The position numbers and the translations under genes are program-made. The notes under the pieces are model-generated. The model made no database searches and was not told the origin of the DNA. It was given only the letters and a program-made list of their open reading frames with translations. A stretch of 64,000 bases of DNA from Eledone cirrhosa (taxonomy: Eukaryota), in the NCBI GenBank assembly GCA_964016885.1, contig OZ024746.1, positions 99,138,001 through 99,202,000 of the forward strand, in the 5' to 3' direction. How positions within the stretch are numbered: position 1 is the first letter of the stretch; each line of letters begins with the position of its first letter. Below, one piece after another: positions 1-13,829 of this stretch.

Positions 1-18
1 TGATGGTTTGTTGCAGTT

Positions 19-270
19 TTAGATTGATCCGATTTTTAGGGCATTGAGTACTGGTTGAAATTTATTAATGAAATGTGTTTCCTTATTGGTACGTTGGATG
101 AAAGTAGCGTTGTCTATGAATTTGTAAATGGGGAAAATTTTAAAGTTTGGATGTTGGTTGAGAGCACAATTGGCGATATATTCACTAAATGCAATCTTTC
201 TGTATTCCTGTATTTTAATTTGTGATTTATGGACGGTCATACGTTGACGGAGGCTGTTTTTGTCTGTCCT
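19..270 (-). pseudogene. Penelope-like element GIY-YIG endonuclease C-terminal remnant
   Basis: Translation LRQRMTVHKSQIK...FSEYIANC...NFKIFPIYK...KETHFINKFQPVLN matches the PLE GIY-YIG tail pattern (R..H, E..FI..F.P.LN); N-terminal part missing. Confidence 0.75.
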
Positions 271-496
271 ATGTAGTGCTCTTGACAACCTGAGCAGGTC
301 AAAACATAGATCAAAATAAATCAACTAATACCTTAACAGTTCTCACAAAGTAAAACATTTCGTTTTAATCATTTTCTAACCTAGAAAAGAGAGAGAGAGA
401 GAGAGAGAGAGAGACAAAAAAGGAAAAAAATATATTTTCTTAATCCTCATAATCGTCTCTTTCTCCCTGTTTTCATATATATATATATATATATTC

Positions 497-1314
497 TGAG
501 TAAAGACTCTATTGGTTTTCCCTGGATTACACAAAATCTGTGGATAACATTTCTGTCTTGACTTTTTTGAAATTGAGATTGAATTATTTTCCCATATCTT
601 ACGTTAAATATTTTCCATCTTGACGTAATAGTCACTTATATGTATGAATTACTGTTGGCTTCTTGCTCACATTAATTTCTCCTTTTTCATTTATATTTAT
701 ACTCGGAATTTTTCCTAGAGTGCTTTAAAATTATTTGTGACTAATCCCGGTTTAAAAAAAAAACCGCGATAATATTGCTTTATGCTGAACTCCATACCTT
801 TTGTTGATTTTTTTTCGGAATGTTTTGACTGCTGTTTCTTGTAAACAGTCATTCGTCTCATTCTGACGTCACTAGCCCTGTTCTCCATGTGTGTTTATTA
901 TCTTAATTCCACACAAGGTGTAACTAGTCTGCTTTTAAATTCCCTTTCTGGCATATTTTAGCAGTGGGTTTGGGTTATCGTGTTTGAGCGCTAATGAGGA
1001 ACGGTTCCAACGGTGACTAACCCCACTGAAAAGTTTCATGAAATAGTCTTTTTAAGACTATATAGAGCATTTGTAGATTTTTCCAAATTGAAGGCTAAGT
1101 ATTTACCCTTAATTTTATTATGAGTTAAGACTCTATTGGTTTTTTCCCCGGATTACACAAAATCTGTGGATAAAATTTCTGTCTTGAATTTTTTTGAATT
1201 GAGATTGAATAATTTTCCCATTTCTTACGTTAAATATTTTCCATCTTGACGTAATAGTCACTTATATGTCTGAATTACTGTTGGCTTCTTGCTCACATTA
1301 ATTTCTCTATTTTC

Positions 1315-1322
<8 letters not shown>
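497..1322 (+). mobile_element. Non-coding element with ~200-bp terminal direct repeats (497-696, 1121-1322) and internal degenerate HHR, bounded by (TA)n
   Basis: Repeats gagt(a/t)aagactctattgg...ttttcatttatat visible twice; (TA)n on both sides; CTAATGA...GAA-ATAGTC/GACTAT-A at 991-1062. Confidence 0.6.
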
Positions 1323-1386
<64 letters not shown>

Positions 1387-1527
1387 AGTAAGTATGTTTT
1401 GAAACAGTGAGCGAGTTTGAAATTAGAAAATATATAGCTTTCACCGTATTTTTTACTAAAGGAACTTTTTAGCTTGATAACGGGGTTTAGAACCCTCAGA
1501 TAAATGGAAAAAGATGAGTATTGACGT

Positions 1528-1571
<44 letters not shown>

Positions 1572-2049
1572 GCCTTTATCCCAATATCCCCCTCTTCATT
1601 ACACCTTCCTTCTTCTTATTCTTGCTTTTAGTCATGTTATTTCTCCATGTATCTATAAATACTGGCGCAATGTGTAATGTACACAGATCAGTATTGGGAG
1701 ATTTAGTCGGGTATCGACTGTAATTAAATTCCACTGACGTAGCTATTTGCAAACAGTGGTTTTTAGAAAAACTGGACTAATGAATCATTTGTTAATACTT
1801 TGAATAAATACAGCCAATCCATGTTATTCTTAACTCATTTACTATATATATATATATAATATATATGATGTGTGTGTATACCAGCACCACCACCAGCACC
1901 ACCACCACCAGCACCACCACCTACATATCTATGTCTCTGCCTATTTAATTCCACGACAACTACCAGTTGGAAAACTACACTCCTAGCTTACTTCATATCA
2001 CAGCTCATTACCTATAGAAATAAAAATTAAGAAACTAAAGCACATACGC

Positions 2050-2516
<467 letters not shown>

Positions 2517-2709
2517 CTAAAGAAAATGGTAATACTTTCTCCTATTAGTAAAAGTTAAATATATTTTATTAATACAAAATTTTTAAAATCGTAAACAAAT
2601 CTATTTGAAATAACAACACAACAGATATTTAGAAACGGAAAATGAATGAAAGGGTAAGGACTCTAGGGTCACAGTAAAATGGGAGGAGACGAAGCAGGGT
2701 GATGCGCTC

Positions 2710-2988
2710 TAGGCCTTGGGTGCGTTAGAGTTGGAGCTGTGTCTCACAGACAATGACCTGTGACACTTGCTGCAACAGCCACCCCACTTCGTTGGGCTCC
2801 TTCCCCAGGAGGGCTGCTGACGTTCCGATCTTGTGGAGGAGCTCAGCAGTACGGGGTCCGAGTACGCGATGAGCAAATGGCCGGACAATTCCCGGTCTTT
2901 ATTTGTCTTCCTTTTCTCTGCATTGCGGGCCGCGGTATTGGGGTGTGTGGCCGAAGGGACTAAGTTGGAGGCGGAGAACGTGTCGCAA
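2710..2988 (-). mobile_element. CRE-like non-LTR retrotransposon 3' fragment (restriction-like endonuclease region)
   Basis: Translation DTFSASNL...AARNAEKRKTNKDRELSG; similar to 15200-15430. Confidence 0.65.
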
Positions 2989-3214
2989 CATATAACTATA
3001 TATGAGTAACTCTGCCTACCAGCCAGTGACACCAACACGAAAGAAATAAACATATAACTAGGCTGAAGAAAAATGTGAACTTCGAAGTCACTAGCAACTT
3101 TTTCTTTGGAAATGACGTCTCACTGTAAATATCATATTATAAGCCTAAATATCAAATAAATGCTATGAGTCACTGAATCGGAGAGCATACGAGAAAGAGG
3201 GAGAGAGAGACTGA

Positions 3215-3261
<47 letters not shown>

Positions 3262-3559
3262 TCAGTGAGAGTCAGTGTCAGTGAGAGTGTGTCAGTGAGA
3301 GTGGGAGAGATTGAGAGAGAGGGAGTGTGTGTGAGAGAGTGCGTGTGTGTGAGAGAGTGTGTGTGAATGAGAGAGTGTGTGTGAGTGAGTGAGAGTGTAG
3401 GTGAGTGTGTGAGTGGGAGAGAGAGAGTGTGTGTGTGTCAGTGAGTGAAAAGGTGGGTGAGTGAGAGAGAGAGCAAGGGAGAGCGACTGTGTGTGTGAGA
3501 GGGAGAGAGAGAGAGCATGGGAGAGCGAGTGTGTGTGTGAGTGAGAGAGCGAGTGTGTA

Positions 3560-3614
<55 letters not shown>

Positions 3615-4847
3615 AGTCTTAATAAACTTTACTGACACAGCACTGATGCACCTTAGTTAAGATGCACTGAACTTTGATACTACTATACTATTTTACTTTT
3701 AACATGGAGCTTAAACCTTCCTTAATCTGATTCTGCTTAATTTCATACCAGACAATGACACAACTCGGTTAATTAATTACTTTGTAAAACACTGAAACCT
3801 GTTTCAAAAACTATTTCAATGTTAAATTGTATATACAAATAAAGTGAATTTCAGTAAATTGTATAATACAGCGTGAGGTAGAGAAACCTCCCATATTTTA
3901 CACGGTCAACCAGAACCGGATTTAGACCTTGGGGTGGGTAATTCACTTTGGCAGAGGTGCTTATACACAAAAAATTACAATCCATATCAATTAGAATAAA
4001 TATCAAAGTTGGCTGGCGCAAGTAATTGGAATTGAGAAGTTATACATACAGGTATTAAATTAAAAAAATATACCCATCGTCATTTTATGTCCAATTTTCA
4101 CAGTGGCATGTGTTGGATAGGTTGTCGCAGTTGAAGACCAGAAATATCGGAGTGACCTCATCGTGCTCATGCATTACATATTTGGCACGGTTTCTATGGC
4201 TGGATGTGCTTCCTTCCTAACATTACTACTTTAAAGTGTTTACTGGGTGCATTGTTTTTCCAATACCAACACAACCACCACTTTACACAGTGACATAACC
4301 TGATGTCTCTAAAGTTGAGAAAATTTGATGAATTTTCTCACAGTAAAAACATAAAATATTTTCTGTGAAAAATATAGTTCTCGTTGACAATGGGATAAAA
4401 CTAAAAAGCCCAGCCAGGGGTACAAATAAATGTTTACACTCGCCGGGGGTGCCCACCACCTCTGCTTGAGGGGAGTGTGTGTGTGTGTGAGTGTGAGGGG
4501 GCTTTGGTCCCCATTAAATCTAGCCCTGTGGTTACCCTAAAAATGTGGGAGGTATTTTGATCAAATTTGGCGGAATGATTTATGACGTTAGTCATTCGAT
4601 TTTATATAAATACATCGATTAGGGAAGTTTCCGTTTTCATGACGAAATAAAATGACAGTAGTTAGTTGTTCATGTTTACATGTCACTAGTATGAGAATAT
4701 TCAAATTATTTATACCATTTCAATGTCAGTTATTTACGGAATATAGGTGGCGAATTGGTAGTATCAGTGGAGCGTCAGACATCATGCTTTGCAGCATAGA
4801 GTTATGGCCCTTTGTGTTCTAATAATACCATATTATACCATGCCATA

Positions 4848-5009
4848 GGGCGGTGGATTGGCAGTATCGGTAGAGGGTCGGACGCTATGCTTTCCACCAT
4901 AGCTACGTCCCTTTACGATCTGAGTTCAAATCCCGCCGAGGTCGATAAAATAAAGTACCAGTAATGCACTGGCTAATTTGCTGGCCTTGTGCCTAAAGTA
5001 GAAACAATT
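4848..5009 (+). mobile_element. tRNA-derived SINE (main family) with 16-bp TSD
   Basis: A-box tggcagtatcgg, B-box gagttcaaatcc, shared tail gccttgtgcc..agtagaaacaatt; attataccatgccata at 4832-4847 and 5007-5022. Confidence 0.85.
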
Positions 5010-7032
5010 ATACCATGCCATACCATACCATACCATACCATACCATGCCATACCATACCATACCATACCATACCATGCCATACCATGCCATACCATACCA
5101 TACCATACCATACCATACCATACCATACCATACCATGCCATACCATACCATACCATGCCATGCCATACCATACCATACCATACCATACCATGCCATACCA
5201 TACCATACCATACCATACCATACCATACCATACCATACCATACCATACCATGCCATACCATACCACACCATACCATACCATACCATACCATACCACACCA
5301 TACCATACCATGCCATACCATACCACACCATACCACACCATACCATACCATACCACACCACACCATACCATACCATACCATGCCATACCATACCATACCA
5401 CACCATACTATACCATACCATACCATGCCATACCATACCATATCATACCACACCACACCATACCATACCATACCATACCATACCATACCATACCATACCA
5501 TACCATACCATACCATACCACACCATACCACACCACACCATACCATACCATACCATACCTTACCACACCATACCATACCATACCATACCACACCACACCA
5601 CACCATGCCATACCATACCATACCATACCATACCACACCATACCATACCATACCACACCATACCACACCACACCATACCACACCATACCATACCATACCA
5701 TACCATACCATACCATACCATACCATACCATACCACACCACACCATACCACACCATACCATACCATACCATACCATACCACACCATACCATACCACACCA
5801 CACCATACCACACCATACCATACCATACCACACCATACCATACCATACCATACCACACCATACCATACCATACCACACCACACCATACCACACCATACCA
5901 TACCATACCACACCACACCATACCACACCATACCATACCATACCACACCACACCATACCATACCATACCATACCATACCATACCATACCATACCACACCA
6001 TACCATACCATACCACACCACACCATACCACACCATACCATACCATACCACACCACACCATACCATACCATACCATACCATACCATACCATACCACACCA
6101 CACCATACCATACCATACCACACCACACCATACCATACCATACCATACCACACCACACCATACCATACCATACCATACCATACCATACCATACCATGCCA
6201 CACCACACCATACCATACCATACCATACCATACCACACCACACCATACCATACCATACCATACCATACCATACCATACCACACCACACCATACCATACCA
6301 TACCACACCACACCATACCATACCATACCATACCACACCACACCATACCATACCATACCATACCATACCATACCATACCATGCCACACCACACCATACCA
6401 TACCATACCATACCACACCACACCATACCATACCATACCATACCATACCATACCATACCATACCATACCACACCACACCATACCATACCATACCATACCA
6501 CACCACACCATACCATACCATACCATACCATACCATACCATACCATGCCACACCACACCATACCATACCACACCATACCACACCATACCATACCATACCA
6601 CACCACACCATACCATACCATACCATACCATACCATACCATACCACACCATACCATACCACACCATACCATACCACACCATACCATACCACACCATACCA
6701 TACCATACCACACCATACCATACCATACCATACCATACCACACCATACCACACCATACCATACCATACCATACCATACCATACCATACCATACCATACCA
6801 TACCACACCATACCATACCACACCATACCATACCACACCATACCATACCACACCATACCATACCATACCATACCATACCATACCACACCACACCATACCA
6901 CACCATACCATACCATACCACACCACACCACACCATACCACACCATACCATACCATACCACACCACACCACACCATACCATACCATACCATACCATACCA
7001 TACCATACCATACCATACCATACCATACCACA
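5010..7032. repeat. (CCATA/CCACA)n pentanucleotide satellite, ~2 kb
   Basis: Directly visible; explains the HTIPY/GMVWY ORFs. Confidence 0.98.
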
Positions 7033-7254
7033 TACAAATACACATAAATGCCAAAATATATCCACATACACAAATATTCACACATTCTCACATACACACA
7101 TGAACACTCTCACGCACACATACACACATACGACCCCAGGGCACTACTTTATCTAGTCGAACCTGTCACCCTCAACTACTTTATCTTTTCTGGAAACTCC
7201 TACTAGCCATGGAAACCAGGAGGGATCCACAACTATACCCAAATGTTTGTTGGA

Positions 7255-7900
7255 CATCGCTTGTGACGCTAAACTCCGCCAGTTGCAGACTCCGCATCAA
7301 CACGAGATATCTTTCTCCACAAAGTTCGATAGACAGCATCAGAGTTCAGAGAGCAAAGATCAAGGCCAGTCCATAAGTTGACATTATCAAGCCATCGTTT
7401 GGGCTGCCGGCCTCTGCTTCTCTTATCAGCCAACCTTCCTTCCAGACATAACCTACTCACACCACAAGTTGATCTTTTTATATGGCCGTATAGTTTGAGT
7501 ACTCTTGACCTGACAATTGATGTAATTGGTCTAAGTCTGGTAATGTTGACCAGCTCACTGATACAGATACGGTCACTGAGCTGCTTGCCAGTCATAAATC
7601 TCATGATGTGGTTCTGGAATGTAGAGAGCTTCTGAAGTGACCTTGTCGTCCAGTTAACACAGTCAAGACCATATAACACAACTGGTAGGATGTCAGTATT
7701 GAAGATCTTAGCCTTCAAATGATAGGAAACTCGTTTTGATGTTAGTACTTCCTTGTTCTTGTTGAAAGCTGCCCAACCTAGAGCGTTCGATATTGCGCAG
7801 CAACCATTCCATTGTTGTTTGATGATAGTTTCTGACCCAGATATACAAACTCCATAACTTGAGCAATTTGCTGGTCGTAGATTGTGAGTTGGAGACTGGC
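7255..7900 (-). mobile_element. RTE-clade LINE 3' fragment (RT C-terminus), decayed
   Basis: QVMEFVYLGQ, KAKIFNTDILPVVLYG, LKLYGHIKR, RSRGRQPKRWLDNV motifs; frameshifted. Confidence 0.85.
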
Positions 7901-7913
7901 ATTATTTTTACCA

Positions 7914-8105
7914 GGGCGGTGGATTAGCACTATCGGTAGAGGGTCGGACGCCAGGCTTTGCAGCAAAGAGTTACGGCCCTTTATGGTCTGAGTTCCAATC
8001 CCGCCTAGGTTAACGTTGCCTTTCATCCTTACGGGGTCGATAAAATAAAGTACCAGTAATGTACTGATTTAATTGCTGGCCTTGTGCCAAAAGTAGAAAC
8101 AATTA
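7914..8105 (+). mobile_element. tRNA-derived SINE (main family)
   Basis: Full-length match to family consensus seen across the window. Confidence 0.85.
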
Positions 8106-8135
8106 TTTTCATGAACAGGATTGACATGTGGAGCC

Positions 8136-8535
8136 GGCTTGGAAGTGGAATCACGAATGGCAGGTGTAAAATCGGCCGGCTTGAATTTGCAGAAGATATA
8201 GTGTTACTTAACTCGACAGAAGATGACCTCTGATTTGTACTTGATAGGTTTGATGCCAAATGCTGAGCTTCCTCCGAAAAGTCTTTGGTGTAACGTTACA
8301 CTTTAGAGTGCGTTGCTCAGAGATTAGGGAGTTACTCCAAGGAGAGCCGCTGCTTCCCCGAATTGAGAGATCACAGCTCCGATACTATGGGTATGTGGTT
8401 AGAATGTCTCAGGAAAGAATCGCCGGACAGATTTTACGGGCAAAAGAAACCGGCAGTAGACCCAGGGGTAGACCCCGAGCAAGATAGTTGGATAACATCC
8501 ACGACCCTCTCGGAAATAAGTGGGCGAAGACGAAG
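8136..8535 (+). mobile_element. RTE-clade LINE fragment with internal deletion
   Basis: LEFAEDIVLL (YADD-like) then LPRIERSQLRYYGYVVRM...RPRGRPRAR; same family as 46565-46850. Confidence 0.8.
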
Positions 8536-9035
8536 AAGAAAAAGAAATGAAATTTTCCCGAGGTCTTTTCCAGCATGCTCCAGAGCTTGCACACACAGCT
8601 TTCAATTGCACACCATCAAGTACTCATGGCAAACCACATTGAATCTCGTATACACTGAATCTTACATTCTTATCGTCTCATTTCATACTGGTAACTATTC
8701 TAGGACAGGATCCAGTCTATGAAGTTGTTGCTTCCGAGAAAAGTGGGTGCTGTGTCATTCCCAACATGAAAAAGAAACCCCCTCAAAGCTCTACTTAAAT
8801 AGAACGAAATAGCTTTAACCAAGCATTGATACTTGATTCCTGGAACGTAACTCGGAAATGCAACTCTTATTCCAAGACATTTCCTTGGTATTACTTTATC
8901 TACAAATCTATTTTTCTATGGAATGAATTTACTTGATTGAACCAATCTTCGTATATTACTGGTACTAGGAACGTAAATTCCCAAATACGATATCATAGGA
9001 CAACCCAACTCTTTCTATTTTATACATAGTAATAG

Positions 9036-9400
9036 CTACGGTCGTTCTCCGACAGGTTTGCAGTCCTACCCTTGGCAGTGGAGACTTCTGGTGTCCTTGG
9101 CCCTAGGGCTACCTCCCTACTCACCACCATAGGCGCTGAGCTGGCCAGCCGCAGGTGTGAGTCTCGCGAGATGGAATGGCTCTTCCGGCTCTTCCAGCTC
9201 TTCCAGCTCTTCCAGCGCATCTCCCTTGCCATCCTCCGGAGAAACGCCTTCTCCATTCTGTCAACCGGGGCTGTGGGGAGGCCAGCACGTGGGACCCTAT
9301 TTGGTCACCATACAGAGAGAAGGGGAGGGCGAGAGAGATGGAGGTGATGGCAGTGGAGTTCGGCTCTTCCATGTTCGGACCAAATCCTTGTGGTTAAGGT
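9036..9400 (+). mobile_element. CRE-like LINE 3' end
   Basis: AVETSGVLGP...WLF..FQRISLAILRRNAFSIL, typical of the CRE endonuclease C-terminus; shared 3' UTR with 28155 and 45600 copies. Confidence 0.8.
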
Positions 9401-9419
9401 TTCTTTAACATATATAAGC

Positions 9420-9480
<61 letters not shown>

Positions 9481-9586
9481 GAATTCCAACTTTGTCTGAT
9501 TTACTCCTTTTATTTACAATCCTTTAAAATCTATAATGGTATTAGAATGAAATAGTATGGTAGAATATTAAATGTTAAGTGTTAAT

Positions 9587-9625
9587 TGAACAAGTACTTT
9601 CATGCTTTCGCAATCTTCAGGTTCA
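9587..9625 (-). ncRNA. Candidate minimal type-I hammerhead lacking stem II
   Basis: tgaac-CTGAAGA-ttgc-GAAA-gcatgaaagtac-TT-gttca; 5-bp stem I; in a ~170-bp island between two (TA)n tracts. Confidence 0.45.
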
Positions 9626-9670
9626 TAATGTGTGGTGACAGTCAATATATATATATATATATATACATAC

Positions 9671-9750
<80 letters not shown>

Positions 9751-9754
9751 TTAG

Positions 9755-9788
<34 letters not shown>

Positions 9789-9789
9789 T

Positions 9790-9910
<121 letters not shown>

Positions 9911-10211
9911 TTATATATATATATATATATATACATTTATATATATATATCTACGTTTCTCTCTGTCTGGTGGTTTGATATCTCTCTGTTGTTTTCCTCT
10001 GTTTTCGTTTTTTCTTTTTTCTTTCTTCTTTTTCTTTATTTATCTCTCCCTTTCTTTTCTCCACGTTTTTCTCCCTCTCCGTCTTTTTACTTCTCCTTAA
10101 CACAACGACTTACTAAAATAAACAAACCACTATCCTGATGTCTTCCAAAAGTAACGGTTGCATTTTGAAAGGGTACGTCAATGTTTATTTATAAAACTGG
10201 TATATATTGTA

Positions 10212-10272
10212 TTTTGTCTGATGAAGGCATACCATAATTTAACTTGGTATCCTTGAAATATGTATAATGAAA
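10212..10272 (+). ncRNA. Type-I hammerhead ribozyme, family A
   Basis: ttttgt-CTGATGA-agg(c)atacca...tggtatcct(t)-GAA-ATATGTAT-A-atgaaa. Confidence 0.7.
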
Positions 10273-10338
10273 TAAATATGGTTTTATAAATATAGTTTCC
10301 ATTTGTTAATATCGTATATATATATATATATATATATA

Positions 10339-10454
10339 TAGGAACCAGTAAGACCCCGACGGCTGAGCTCAAGCCGTTTCGACGGCTAATTCTGGACTCA
10401 GAATTAGCCGTCGAAACGGCTTGAGCTCAGCCGTCGGGGTCTTACTGGTTCCTA
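10339..10454. repeat. Palindrome made of two 3' halves of a family-D hammerhead
   Basis: Arms ggaaccagtaagaccccgacgg...aattctg / cagaatt...ccgtcggggtcttactggttcc; each contains GAA-ACGGCT..AGCCGT-C-gggg; (TA)n on both sides. Confidence 0.8.
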
Positions 10455-10508
10455 TTACCCACTCTACTACCCTAAGTATTGAGTACTTTGGTGCGTTATG
10501 GTCCTTCG

Positions 10509-10540
<32 letters not shown>

Positions 10541-10591
10541 GTATGTATGTATACCAGCACAAGGTCAATATATTTGCAAGATGGTTTAGAC

Positions 10592-11074
10592 CAGAGGTTC
10601 TCAAAGTGGGCGCAACCGCCCCCGTTCCCGGGGGTGGGAGTATTGAGAAGGTCCATGGGGCACGGGGGGGGGTCTAATGGGGTGGTAGTGATAATATAAT
10701 TGTATTCAGTGAAATTCCGTTATAACGAACTTCACGGGGTATAAAAAAATTCGTTTTACGAAAAATTTTTATAACGAGATTGACCGAAACAAATCGAGCG
10801 TTTGTCTTTCATTACCTCGGGGATTGAAAAAAATTTCGCTATACTGAAAAATTCGTTATAATGTTATTCGTTATAACGGAATTTTACCTGTATTAAATAT
10901 CAAGTGATACATATATATAAATATAGTAAACTAAAAATATATAATATTTATTTATTATATATTATTTACAATTTGCATGTAAGCAGGTCTCCCTAGAAGT
11001 AGGGATGTGGGGTGCTGAGGGTGCTACGTGGCCGTGAGGGGGATGAAGTGGACCAAACGTTTTGACAACCTCTG
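10592..11074. mobile_element. hAT-superfamily MITE
   Basis: TIRs cagaggttctcaaa / tttgacaacctctg; 8-bp TSD gtttagac / gttgagac. Confidence 0.85.
10707..10890. mobile_element. pogo/Tigger-type MITE nested in the hAT MITE
   Basis: TIRs cagtgaaattccgttataacgaa / ttcgttataacggaattttacctg followed by TA. Confidence 0.75.
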
Positions 11075-11294
11075 GTTGAGACAATCAGATGGAAAGTAGT
11101 ATAGTATTACACTGGTAACTTTATTTTCTTCAAATCTGAAGGATAAATGGTAAAGTCGGTCCCTGAAAGGTTTGAACTCAGGGCGTAAAAGGATATAAGT
11201 GCACACCGCAAGACACTTGTTTCGATGCACTGTCGATATTGTCTGTCCACCTCCACCAATATATTAATTACATTCACTGTTTCTAATTGCATCT

Positions 11295-12480
11295 GACCGC
11301 TGACTACATTTCTACCCTCCACCTCATTATCGAAAGATCTCGGGAGTTCCAAAAAGATCGCTGCCTCTACGTCGCCTTCGTCGACCTCAAGGCGGCTTTC
11401 GACACGGTCGACCACGCATCCCTCTGGAAAATTCTCCAGCTTGTTGGCTCACCTCCCAAGATCACCACCCCATTCCAGCAGCTCTATAGCAGTGCTTAGA
11501 GCTGTGTGTGGGTGAACGGGAGGGACTCCGACTGGTTCCCCATCAACTGCGGGTCAGACAGGGCTGTGAGGCTTTCTTAGACCTCTTCAACTGTGTCATC
11601 GATTATTTGATGACCAAGCTCTGTGAGCAATTTTCTGGCGTTGCCTTCGGGAATAACCATCTAACCGACCTGGAGTACGCAGACTACACCACTCTATTCA
11701 GTAACTCGATCAATCATCTCAGATACGCCATATACCGTGAGGAATCAGCCAAGCTCAGCCTTCGGGTAAGCTGGGCGAAGACAAAGCTGATGCGTGTCAG
11801 CAATGGTCCGGATCCTACTCCGTTTCATATTGGCCCCGGAGTTTGTCAGCTCCTTCATTTACTTGGATTCGACTGTCACCCGCAATGGAGACCTGTACCG
11901 GATATCAACCACAGATGTGACCTGGAGGCCGCTGTTATGCACTCCCTATAGCAGCCCTTTAGGAGCCATAACACAATCTCCCAGAAGACGAAGCTCCGTA
12001 TTTACAATGCATCGGTCCTATCCGTTCTCCTCTATAGAGCAGAAACGTGGTCTCTCACAAAGTACCTGGCAATGAGGATTGACAGCTTCGATAGCAGAAA
12101 CCTGAGAATCATCAAAAATATCAGATGGACCACCATGTTTCCAACAAAGTGTCCAACAAAGTGTCTGCGCACGCATCAGCCCACAGCTTCCCGCCTCATA
12201 GCTCTCTGCCGATGGGCTGGTATGGACATATCCTCCGCTTTCCACCAGATCATCCTACCAGGGCCTTACTTCTTGTTGGACGCAGTGGCTGTAGGCCGGA
12301 AAACCCCGTGGCAAGCCGCGCACCAGATGGCTGGATATCTTCAAGGAAAACCTTTGGAAGCTTGACATCACCTTGGAGGAGCAGAGGAGCTGATACGGGA
12401 CCGCCAATGATGTAAGGCGGTGGTGGAGCTGATTGTCACCATCGCTGGCTTAGGATGACGTCGAGCAAGAAGAAGAAAAG
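11295..12480 (+). mobile_element. RTE/RTEX-type LINE, 5'-truncated RT pseudogene
   Basis: YVAFVDLKAAFDTVDH, VRQGC, LTDLEYADY, VSWAKTKLM, WYGHILR motifs; stops and frameshifts; ends in caagaagaagaa. Confidence 0.9.
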
Positions 12481-13495
12481 CTGTTGAAACAATGAAAGAA
12501 AATGTTGTCATTTTCAAATTTTACTGAACACATTGAAAATAATTCTATTTTTCTAAACATTTTATCTTATGTCATGTTTATTAGTTAATCCCACATTTAA
12601 TGTTACATCGAACAGACAAGTATGTAAGAGTAGCTCTTAAAATTATTGACACAGTGATTAAAAATAGAATATTATCAAGTACTTCTCATTTCCATTGTAC
12701 ATCCTGGTTTGATGGGATTGTACAACATGCAATGTCATTTCCAAGACCATTAAACGTTTATCACATAAATTTAGCAGAACTAAATGTTAATATTTAGTGA
12801 AAAAAGATTAAATGCTTATAAATACTTATTTTATTTCCCCAATGTACCTCTCAGAATTAAATTACTCTTTCCCTCTCTTGACTCGATACAATAATTAAAT
12901 AGAGTCAACTTATGGTTATATATCAATGTGACAAAGGCATATTTAGAGCAAGAGTGTTTTGCAACATAAGGAGCTGACACTTGAAAGTATAAATTGTTCT
13001 GTTAATCTAAACAGAAAGCTATGAACGTTACATATTATTTCTCCTCGTTTAAAATATAGATTTATTCTGATTAGTCGAAAATAACCGAATAGTTACAGCA
13101 ATAATTAAAAAAAAAAAAAGAATAACTTGAATCTTTCAAGTAGGAGGGTGATTCATAAATTCGGAAGGTTAGAAGATACAGAAGTATATTTAGATAATTA
13201 TTACTAAAGGGGATTAGGATGTACTCTAGTTTATCTCATCATTCATTCTTGTGAGAAGGACTTCAGGCTAGGAGCTATGGGTCACATTATATTACATAAC
13301 TACTGAGTTCAAATCACGCCGAGGTTAACTTTGCCTTTCATCCTTACGGGGTCGATAAAATAAAGTACCAGTAATTCACTGGGATAATTGCTGGCCTTGT
13401 GCCAAAAGTAGAAACAATTATATTACATAACTACTGCATGGTTAGCGATCAAAGAGTGAAAGAACTTATTTTTACTGCTTGTACCGTTGAGTTTC

Positions 13496-13528
13496 TCTCT
13501 AATGAAGGGCAATGTCCGAAACGTTAGA
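13496..13528 (+). ncRNA. Degenerate hammerhead, family B-like
   Basis: tct-CTAATGA-a-gggc-aat-gtcc-GAAACGTT-aga; core G-to-A change. Confidence 0.5.
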
Positions 13529-13829
13529 TGTTTTTTCTTTTCATGTTACTTACTATATATTTTATACATATTGTTTACTAAACTGATACTTTTCGGCACT
13601 GACCAAGAATATCAATCAAATATCTCAATGTTTCGTTGGTTTGGTACTTTCTTTTCTCATTTGTTCTGTACTGAAACGCATGAGGGGGTTGAAAGCTGAA
13701 TGTTTGTCAAGAGCTCAACGCTTTCCTACTGCTGACGTACGAAGTTACACTTCTCCAGCTGATATAGTGATACCTGGTCACCGAGATTCTTAAATAAGCA
13801 GGGAATTTAATTAATGGGGAAATTTCAAG

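Noticed and set aside
1425-1505. Possible minus-strand HHR (CTGAGGG...GAAAGCTA) between (TA)n tracts
   Set aside because: Core mismatch and no stem I; too degenerate to call
4926-7156. Long ORFs (GMVWY/HTIPY repeats), likewise at 24644-26067, 40319-41732, 43331-45138, 48625-49849 and 55760-56750
   Set aside because: Open in several frames on both strands because the repeat units lack stops; not genes
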